Shown here: positions 1-6,586 of the stretch, in pieces
Position numbering within the stretch: the stretch's first letter is position 1
Layout: every line of letters begins with the position of its first letter
Assembly (NCBI GenBank): GCA_965657355.1
Contig: CBFHOE010000001.1
Span: 333,161-345,785, forward strand
Reading direction: 5' to 3'
DNA from: Limisphaerales bacterium
GTDB lineage: Bacteria; Verrucomicrobiota; Verrucomicrobiia; Limisphaerales; JAJOIW01
Length of the DNA stretch: 12,625 nt
The notes under the pieces: generated by a model
Seen by the model: only the letters and a program-made list of their open reading frames with translations
The model's database searches: none
What the model was told of the DNA's origin: nothing
Program-made: the position numbers and the translations under genes

Positions 1-628
1 AGGCAATGACAACAGCAAACAATGAATTGAAGATCCATGGTAAAATATTTTTTTTCCCAGGTCTGTTCTCGAATAAAAACCAGAGAACAAGGATTGAAAA
101 AGGGACAAAAAAGGTGAGGGATTCAGATTGGGTTTTGCATGCTGACGCTGCACATATTATTGCATAGCCTCCATCTGCTGGGATTTTTTTATTAATCCAT
201 GTAGCCTCACTTTTTATTTTTGATGGTAAATACCTACTGAATATCGAAAATGTTGGTTGAGGGGAAACTCGGAACCTTGTGGCCCAAAATATTGGAAAAA
301 AGAGGATCGGGAGGATAAGAATGATAAATTCGTAGGCTCTAAATGTTTCCTTTGTGGCAAGGATTTCGGACCCCACTCCGATTTGAATAGTTTCTAGTAG
401 CGCGAATGATCCTTGCGGATTGAGCCAAGAGTATGCAACACCAACGACAAGTGAAAGAATCATGGAGTTAACAAATCTTTTGTCATCTTTTTCCTCAAAG
501 GCCCACCTTCTATCAACCCAGCGATAACTTTCTGCTAATACAATCAAAAGGATTCCCGGAACCCAAAAACCTGTCAAAGTAGTCCATAATAACAGTGAAG
601 CTGAGGCGATGTATTTAGGAGTATTCAT
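1..628 (-). CDS. Polytopic membrane protein, N-terminal part of a probable transglutaminase-like (TgpA-type) protein; 3' end runs off the window
   Basis: Hand translation from ATG at 628 is open for 209 codons to the window edge: MNTPKYIASASLLLWTTLTGFWVPGILLIVLAESYRWVDRRWAFEEKDDKRFVNSMILSLVVGVAYSWL...FIILILPILFFPIFWA...LTFFVPFSILVLWFLF...ILPWIFNSLFAVVIA, with several hydrophobic helices. The ATG overlaps the DUF58 stop (ATGA, 625-628). The transglutaminase call rests only on the known MoxR-DUF58-transglutaminase gene order; no catalytic domain is visible. Confidence 0.7.
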   Translation of the reverse strand, partial: MNTPKYIASASLLLWTTLTGFWVPGILLIVLAESYRWVDRRWAFEEKDDKRFVNSMILSLVVGVAYSWLNPQGSFALLETIQIGVGSEILATKETFRAYEFIILILPILFFPIFWATRFRVSPQPTFSIFSRYLPSKIKSEATWINKKIPADGGYAIICAASACKTQSESLTFFVPFSILVLWFLFENRPGKKNILPWIFNSLFAVVIA

Positions 629-2010
629 TTGAGTTCTTGAAGCTGCTGTTTGTAATTGTCCCGGCATAATGTAATCTTCTTTTTGAAACCGAGATCTCCA
701 GTGTAGTGTTGAGAGTTCTCAGAAAGCACAAACATTTGATTCGGAATGCCTTGTTGATCAAGATACTTTATCATTCCTGATCTTTTATCATCGTCATGCA
801 TGGTGAGGAATACAGCTCCTTGGATTTTTTCTGAATTTTCTTCCACAGCCTTGGTTAGGGGTTCCCAACTATTTTCTGATTCATATTGAATAGTCGCCAA
901 TATTTTCATCAACTGGTCGAGGTCTCCTTGGCCTGGACCGGTCGAGAAGCAGTGAGCTTTTTGTCCGACAAAGAGAAAGTCCAAGTCGATCGGCTTATCC
1001 TCAGTCTGGCAAGCAATCGAGGTGGCAATGCTTATAAGTTTTTCAAACTCTAGGGCGTCTTCGGCTTTGCAGGATACATCTAAAATTATACCGCATCGTG
1101 CTCTCGAGACATTCTGGGTTTCTTTAACTATAAGTTTTTTTGTTTTTGCGCTGCTGGGCCAGTGAATCTGCTTTAAAGGGTCACCGGGTCTATAATCTCT
1201 TAAACTTAAAAACTCATCTTCGCTACCCCCGAACAGCCCCTTTGCCATAGTGCCACTTTCGGGACTGCTGACACCAGGGAACTCATACCTATTGATAGGG
1301 ACTCTCTCCGGCAAAATGAGCATGGAATCAGGTATTTGTTTTTTTACGATCGAGTATGTTAATCCAGTTGCACTCGGAATACCCAAATAGAGTTCAGTAA
1401 GATTTAATAAACCTCTTTTTTTGGGCGTGATTTTAACGGTAAGTCTATTTGTGCGATCGCCATATAGGGTGAATTTTTGGATGGCGTTTGAGTTTAACAT
1501 CTCATTAGAGGAAATGAGCCACTTCCATCTGTAATAAGCATAAAACCTGTCGATGATATTCCTTTTATATTCAAGGGGTTCGCGCTGTTCTGCAAATTCC
1601 ATGAAATTAGGCCTTGGGTCAGGCCCGTGTTCCACGACGTAAACTCCTTCAGTCACATTTTTTGACTTGATATCGACGTCGATAAAGTAACTGCATTCCT
1701 CTCCAACAGAACCTACTGATGGGGCATGACGCCTTACAGTGACCTTCCAACGTTTTGAAAAGCTCATGAAAAATGAGCCTGTTAACAAGATAAGCAAAAG
1801 AGAAAATGCTTGGTATGTGACGCTTGATGTCGTATCTGCGCCCAGCGCTCCAGTTATCCCAGTTAAGACCGCTAACATTCGACCAGAGGGGCTGAACCTC
1901 AACTGCATCCATTTTCCAAAAGTATAAAACTTTCGATAATTCCAATACAGATATCTTTCAAAGAGATACCATTTTTTGGATTTATCTTTCTCCGCTGTCT
2001 TGCCCTCCAT
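625..2010 (-). CDS. DUF58 domain-containing membrane protein (VWA-like MoxR partner)
   Basis: 461 aa. Two N-terminal hydrophobic segments, the DUF58 signature FLSLRDYRPGDPLKQIHWPSSAK...LIVKE, and a MIDAS-like IILDVS. Lies directly downstream of a MoxR ATPase. Confidence 0.9.
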   Translation of the reverse strand: MEGKTAEKDKSKKWYLFERYLYWNYRKFYTFGKWMQLRFSPSGRMLAVLTGITGALGADTTSSVTYQAFSLLLILLTGSFFMSFSKRWKVTVRRHAPSVGSVGEECSYFIDVDIKSKNVTEGVYVVEHGPDPRPNFMEFAEQREPLEYKRNIIDRFYAYYRWKWLISSNEMLNSNAIQKFTLYGDRTNRLTVKITPKKRGLLNLTELYLGIPSATGLTYSIVKKQIPDSMLILPERVPINRYEFPGVSSPESGTMAKGLFGGSEDEFLSLRDYRPGDPLKQIHWPSSAKTKKLIVKETQNVSRARCGIILDVSCKAEDALEFEKLISIATSIACQTEDKPIDLDFLFVGQKAHCFSTGPGQGDLDQLMKILATIQYESENSWEPLTKAVEENSEKIQGAVFLTMHDDDKRSGMIKYLDQQGIPNQMFVLSENSQHYTGDLGFKKKITLCRDNYKQQLQELK

Positions 2011-2029
2011 TTTTGTGGCCTATTTATAT

Positions 2030-2980
2030 TTAAACAGGGGCAGGCACAGTATCCAAAATCTCTTTAACGATCGATTCAGCGCTCATACCTCCATACCTTG
2101 ATTTAGAATTGAGAAGTAACCGGTGGGCAATAACATCAATGGCTGCCTCTTGCACGTGATCGGGCCCGACAAATGATGCCCCATCAAACAAAGCAAATGC
2201 TTGAGAAATTTGCATCAATGCCAATGAGGCTCTGGGGCTAGCCCCGAGTTCTATTTCGTCGCGAGATCGGGTCTGGCTCACCAATTTTACAATATAACTC
2301 TTAATTTCGTCACTTACGCGTGTTTCGGATACAAAAGTTTTTATTTTTTGAACATCAGATAATTCACAAACAGGTCCTACTGAATGAATGGGGTGGTTTG
2401 ATTGTTGGGCCGTAAGTATTTCAACTTCATCTTCTGGGTCGACGTATCCTAATTTAAATTTCATCGAAAATCGGTCCATTTGAGCCTCTGGTAATGGGTA
2501 AGTACCACGGAATTCGACGGGATTCTGCGTTGCTATCACGAAAAATAAATCTTTGAGCTTGTAAGTCGTACCCTCAAGACTGACCTGATGCTCAGCCATT
2601 GCTTCCAGAAGTGCGCTTTGGGTCCTCGGAGATGCTCTATTAATTTCGTCTCCCAAAAGAATATTTGTGAATATAGGACCTTTTTTGAACTCAAACTCAT
2701 GAGATTTTTGATTGAAAATGGAAACCCCCAAAATATCTGATGGAAGTAAGTCTGACGTAAATTGAACCCTATTGAAATCGGCGTGAATACTGAGTGCCAG
2801 TGCTTTTGAAAGTGTCGTTTTTCCTGTTCCAGGGACATCTTCGAGAAGGACGTGTCCATTGGAAAAAAAAGCAGCCAGAGTCTTTCTGATAGAGTGCTGT
2901 TGGCCGTGCATGACTGTTTCGATGTTATCTGAAATACGTTTGTATACATCACCTGCGAATTTAAGGTCACTATCGGTCAT
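2030..2980 (-). CDS. moxR: MoxR-family AAA+ ATPase
   Basis: Walker A HVLLEDVPGTGKT, RVQFTSDLLPSDILG, Walker B ILLGDEINRASPRTQSALLEAM, ATQNPVEFRGTYPLPEAQMDRF, and lid motif GASPRAS. The ORF is open to 3046, but ATG at 2980 (MTDSDLK, 316 aa) fits typical MoxR length better; the start is uncertain. Confidence 0.93.
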   Translation of the reverse strand: MTDSDLKFAGDVYKRISDNIETVMHGQQHSIRKTLAAFFSNGHVLLEDVPGTGKTTLSKALALSIHADFNRVQFTSDLLPSDILGVSIFNQKSHEFEFKKGPIFTNILLGDEINRASPRTQSALLEAMAEHQVSLEGTTYKLKDLFFVIATQNPVEFRGTYPLPEAQMDRFSMKFKLGYVDPEDEVEILTAQQSNHPIHSVGPVCELSDVQKIKTFVSETRVSDEIKSYIVKLVSQTRSRDEIELGASPRASLALMQISQAFALFDGASFVGPDHVQEAAIDVIAHRLLLNSKSRYGGMSAESIVKEILDTVPAPV

Positions 2981-3084
2981 TAGATATCGCAGACTATTTT
3001 CTCCAAAAAATGGAAAAGGTCGAGCTTCCATCGAGATCGCCATCAAATTTAGTCGATCATGCTATCATCTTGGTGAGCAAATCG

Positions 3085-3113
3085 TTGAAATCGATGGATT
3101 AATCGCCTATCTT
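3085..3113 (+). promoter_or_regulatory. Putative sigma70 promoter of the nagB-like gene (leaderless arrangement)
   Basis: TTGAAA (3085-3090), 17 nt spacer, TATCTT (3108-3113), 7 nt, then the GTG start at 3121. No Shine-Dalgarno sequence. Confidence 0.65.
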
Positions 3114-3120
3114 CGATTCC

Positions 3121-3882
3121 GTGAGAAATATCCAGATCGATAAATTACCAGTTGAGATCTACCCCGATCAACCGTCAATGGCTGAAGCTGTTACAGAGAC
3201 GGTTCATAAATATCTTTCAAATCTTTTGCAGAACCAGGAGTCTGTCAGGGCTATTTTAGCCACTGGAAACTCACAGATTGCTTTCCTCAAGGCTTTAGCG
3301 CAGAAAGGAGGAATAGATTGGTCTAGGGTTACCCTGTTTCACATGGACGAATACCTAGGGATTGATGCTACTCACCCTGCATCATTCCGGCATTACATGA
3401 AAACCAAGGTAGAAGATGTGATGCATCCCGGTGCCTTCCACTATCTCGAAGGTGATGCTCTTGAACCCATCAATGAATGTGATAGATACGAAACGCTTCT
3501 TAAGGAGAAGCCGGTGGACCTATGCTGCATGGGAGTTGGTGAAAATGGCCACATCGCATTCAATGACCCACCAGTAGCCAATTATTCAGATAAAAGGTGG
3601 GTCAAACTGGTTTTACTCGATGACGAATGCAAAATGCAGCAGGTCAATGAAGGTCACTTTCCTAGCCTTGAATCGGTCCCCAAATACGCTCTTACTCTCA
3701 CGATTCCAGCTTTGTTATCAGCTTCAAAGGTGGTTTGTGTGGCCCCGGAGACTCGCAAGATGAAGGCCGTCAAAACTGCCTTGTCAGAGCCCGTAGGCAG
3801 TCATTGTCCGGCATCATTTCTAAGAACGGCTCCAAATGCTACCTTGTATTTGGATGAGGATTCAGCCGCAGGGCTTTTATGA
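3121..3882 (+). CDS. nagB: Glucosamine-6-phosphate deaminase family protein (NagB-like, NDPP variant)
   Basis: 253 aa, GTG start. Motifs LATGNSQ, FHMDEYLG, HPASF, DLCCMGVGENGHIAFNDPP, PKYALTLTIP, CPASFL and LYLDEDSA match the NagB/6PGL fold. Confidence 0.82.
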   Translation: MRNIQIDKLPVEIYPDQPSMAEAVTETVHKYLSNLLQNQESVRAILATGNSQIAFLKALAQKGGIDWSRVTLFHMDEYLGIDATHPASFRHYMKTKVEDVMHPGAFHYLEGDALEPINECDRYETLLKEKPVDLCCMGVGENGHIAFNDPPVANYSDKRWVKLVLLDDECKMQQVNEGHFPSLESVPKYALTLTIPALLSASKVVCVAPETRKMKAVKTALSEPVGSHCPASFLRTAPNATLYLDEDSAAGLL

Positions 3883-3891
3883 TGGGGTGTT

Positions 3892-4635
3892 TTATTGCGA
3901 CAAGGATCTGAGCGCGTCCCTTATTTCTGCGGCTTTCTCGTATTCCTCTTTTTCAACGGCTTGGCGCATTTGAATTTGAAGTCTTTCTTCATGAGTCAGG
4001 GTTTCCGAATCTTTTAGATCGGAGAGCAATTTGGATAAAATCTGCTTTTCATTGGATGGCTCCTCGATAATTCCCTGAAATTCAGCGTAGAAGTCTTCAA
4101 TTTCTTCAATACCACCTTTGAGAGCAGCGATTGCCTCTTCCTTGCGGCCATTTTGATTCAATAAAATGGATTGGGAATGGGCTAACATCATGAGAAGTTG
4201 AGGTTTTAAATTACTCAAATTACTCAAATCGAACTCGTTTTCTGCGAAATCATCAATAAAATCAATCAATTCGAGGTTTCGGTTTGTATCGCGGACCACA
4301 AGTGCGTGTTCATTCATTTCATAGAAACATATATACCTGTGGTAATATTGAAGGGCTTCTTGTTGTAGCTCTGAAACCTGATCATTAGTCAGTGTGAAAT
4401 CCGTCCCATCGATCTCCCCTTTGCTCGATTGGCTTTTCAAATAATCATAAAGTGATTCCGAATCAAATGGCTTTGTCCCATCGGGACGGCCATTCACATT
4501 CATCTGGAGGATGCCCAAATCAACTCTCAATTGGATCTTCTCGATCCCATCATCACCGGTGAATTTTCTCACACTCAGTTTTCCAGGCTCATAAGGCCAT
4601 TCTTGTAAATATGACGAAATATCCTTTCTGCTCAC
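3892..4635 (-). CDS. UvrB/UvrC (UVR) motif-containing protein, function unknown
   Basis: C-terminal UVR coiled coil LQIQMRQAVEKEEYEKAAEIRDAL. The N-terminal block WPYEPG...KIQLRVDLGILQMNVNGRPDG and EALQYYHRY...RDTNRNL looks conserved and resembles a PVC-associated family as I recall it. The ORF is open to 4677, but GTG at 4635 (247 aa) is favoured because a promoter lies at 4642-4670. Confidence 0.8.
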   Translation of the reverse strand: MSRKDISSYLQEWPYEPGKLSVRKFTGDDGIEKIQLRVDLGILQMNVNGRPDGTKPFDSESLYDYLKSQSSKGEIDGTDFTLTNDQVSELQQEALQYYHRYICFYEMNEHALVVRDTNRNLELIDFIDDFAENEFDLSNLSNLKPQLLMMLAHSQSILLNQNGRKEEAIAALKGGIEEIEDFYAEFQGIIEEPSNEKQILSKLLSDLKDSETLTHEERLQIQMRQAVEKEEYEKAAEIRDALRSLSQ

Positions 4636-4641
4636 GGGCCT

Positions 4642-4670
4642 ATGATGGAGTAGAGAAATCCACTCGTCAA
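4642..4670 (-). promoter_or_regulatory. Putative sigma70 promoter of the UVR-motif gene (leaderless arrangement)
   Basis: On the minus strand: TTGACG (4670-4665), 17 nt spacer, CATCAT (4647-4642), 6 nt, then GTG at 4635. Confidence 0.6.
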
Positions 4671-4896
4671 CTGGCATAATGCAGCCGGCTTTGGCACTCC
4701 CTGAAAAAGGGTTCTTTTATTCAAATTTAGAAAAATATTTCATAAAGTGACCGACTAATATACGGTTTAAGTATATCAAGAATGAGCTCTGCTATATTTT
4801 GGCTATTCCGCATGGGGATTTTGACTCGAGTTTTTTCAAGTCAGGCGCTGGCAGATCTCAGGTCGTAAAATTTTAATCACATCGATGATTTAACAT

Positions 4897-5982
4897 ATGA
4901 TTAGAAATATTATAGCAATAGCTGGGGCCTGTTTTGCGATGGCAAGTTTGCAGGCTGAGGAAGATCCAAAACAATGGGTCACATACGATGGTTTTGATGG
5001 TCCTGGAGCAGGAAAACATATTGTGCTCATTGCTGGAGACGAGGAATATAGGTCTGAAGAAGCGCTTCCTCAACTCGGCAAAATTCTGGCGACCCAACAT
5101 GGGTTCAAGTGCACTGTGGTTTTCCCTATTGATCCTAAGACGGGAATCATTCAACCCAATAACCGTTCAAATATTCCAGGTCTCGAAAATTTAGAGACAG
5201 CAGACCTCATGTTTATAGCGACACGTTTTCGTAGTCTACCTGATCACCAGATGAAGCATATTGACGCTTTTCTCAAGGCTGGAAAACCAGTCATTGGGAT
5301 GAGAACAGCGACACATGCCTTCAACATGAAAGGAAACTATGGAAGATATTCATTTAATTATCGTTCCAAAGACGGTGAGCATGAGGAATGGACACAAGGG
5401 TTTGGTCGACTTGTATTGGGCGAAACGTGGATTAATCACCATGGAGCCCATAAACATCAGGCATGCAGAGGGGTAATTGCTGGCGGTGCCGAATCAAACC
5501 CAATTCTAAGAGGAATAAATGATGGCGATGTTTGGGGGCCAACAGATGTTTATGGTGTTCGCTTGCCGCTTCCGGGGGATTCCAAGCATTTGATTCTTGG
5601 TCAAGTCACAGAAAGAGCAGGGGAATACGATTCAGAGGACAGATTCTTTGGTATGAGACCTAGTGATAAACCTTTGCCATCCACCCACAAAAAGAATAAT
5701 CCCCTGATGCCAGTAGCTTGGCTCAAATCCTACCAAGTTGGCGGAGGTAAAAAAGGAACTGCCTTCAACACAACGATGGGTTCATCGACTGACCTTGAGT
5801 CAGAAGGCCTCAGAAGACTTCTTGTGAATGCCGCTTATCATCTGCTTGATATGAATATACCTAAAAATGGTACACGAGTTAATTTAGTAGGCAAATTCAC
5901 AGGGTCTCAATACGGATTTAAAAAAGACGAATATTTTGTCCAATTAAATCAACGACCTGAAGACTACAGAATGAAATATTAA
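4897..5982 (+). CDS. Secreted ThuA-like (class I glutamine amidotransferase-like fold) protein
   Basis: 361 aa. Sec-type signal peptide MIRNIIAIAGACFAMASLQA|EE. Family motifs HIVLIAGDEEYRSEEALPQL, IPGLENLETADL, TRFRSLP, GKPVIGMRTATHAF, LGETWINHHG, PVAW and TTMG...LRRLLVNA. Confidence 0.78.
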   Translation: MIRNIIAIAGACFAMASLQAEEDPKQWVTYDGFDGPGAGKHIVLIAGDEEYRSEEALPQLGKILATQHGFKCTVVFPIDPKTGIIQPNNRSNIPGLENLETADLMFIATRFRSLPDHQMKHIDAFLKAGKPVIGMRTATHAFNMKGNYGRYSFNYRSKDGEHEEWTQGFGRLVLGETWINHHGAHKHQACRGVIAGGAESNPILRGINDGDVWGPTDVYGVRLPLPGDSKHLILGQVTERAGEYDSEDRFFGMRPSDKPLPSTHKKNNPLMPVAWLKSYQVGGGKKGTAFNTTMGSSTDLESEGLRRLLVNAAYHLLDMNIPKNGTRVNLVGKFTGSQYGFKKDEYFVQLNQRPEDYRMKY

Positions 5983-6012
5983 TTCTTCCGCAAATTTTAT
6001 TAATCCAGATCG

Positions 6013-6039
6013 TGGCCCGGGTTTCCGGGTCATTTTTTT
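6013..6039 (+). terminator. Rho-independent terminator of the ThuA-like gene
   Basis: TGGCCCGG-GTTT-CCGGGTCA forms an 8 bp stem with one G-U pair, immediately followed by T7 (6033-6039). It lies 30 nt after the stop at 5982. Confidence 0.85.
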
Positions 6040-6075
6040 GCTCTGATCGGGATGTTAAATCATTAAAATTATTCC

Positions 6076-6513
6076 ATGAAAAAGTTCGGTATTTTTTTCA
6101 AGAGAATTCTTTTTGGTATGGGATTCGTTGGCCTCGGATTTATGGGGTTAAAGTTTTCTGGCGTGCTCGACAGGGTGGACTATGTCAATCAACCCGCTCT
6201 GACCCAAATGAAGGAGCAGTTTTCTGATGATATACAAAAACTGGAGGTGTCGGTTTCAAGTGCAATGGATTCAAGTCTCCCCACACTGAGCACGAATTTT
6301 CTGGCTCTTGCCCGTCAGTCATCGGCGGAGGGGGTTGATGCGCTTGAGATTATTTACCCTCAGACCTCGATAAAACTCTCTTCCTACATAATTCAAAACA
6401 GAGTAGGCACAGCGAAGGTATATCTTGGAAAAAAGAAATACGACTCGTTGGTCTATAGTTTCACCAAAGAAACCACAAATTATTGGGTTTTTTTTAGGGA
6501 TATAAGAATGTGA
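6076..6513 (+). CDS. Hypothetical protein with N-terminal membrane anchor or signal sequence
   Basis: 145 aa ATG ORF that fills the gap between the terminator and argA. Basic N-terminus plus hydrophobic stretch (KKFGIFFKRILFGMGFVGLGFMGL). No family recognised. Confidence 0.65.
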   Translation: MKKFGIFFKRILFGMGFVGLGFMGLKFSGVLDRVDYVNQPALTQMKEQFSDDIQKLEVSVSSAMDSSLPTLSTNFLALARQSSAEGVDALEIIYPQTSIKLSSYIIQNRVGTAKVYLGKKKYDSLVYSFTKETTNYWVFFRDIRM

Positions 6514-6586
6514 AAAAAATTAATGGAAAAGAGAAAATTGCTCCCCAAAGCAGTGCCTTTTTGAATAGAACTAAATGGTAGGTCAA

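Noticed and set aside
4208..4229. 9 bp tandem repeat AAATTACTC x2.4 encoding LSN-LSN in the UVR gene
   Set aside because: Only two full units, in frame and AT-rich; compatible with chance and not a contingency locus.
4671..4706. Sigma54-like TGGCA motifs (CTGGCATAATGCAGC, TTGGCACTCCCTGAA)
   Set aside because: Neither has GC at the required GG-N10-GC spacing.
4875..4890. Palindrome AATCA-N6-TGATT just upstream of the ThuA-like start
   Set aside because: Short AT-rich 5 bp arms that do not match the CRP/FNR orientation; cannot be distinguished from chance.
6514..6586. Possible terminator between the convergent orphan gene and argA (ATTGCT-CCCCAA-AGCAGT)
   Set aside because: Weak 6 bp stem with a G-U pair, and the U-tract is not adjacent.
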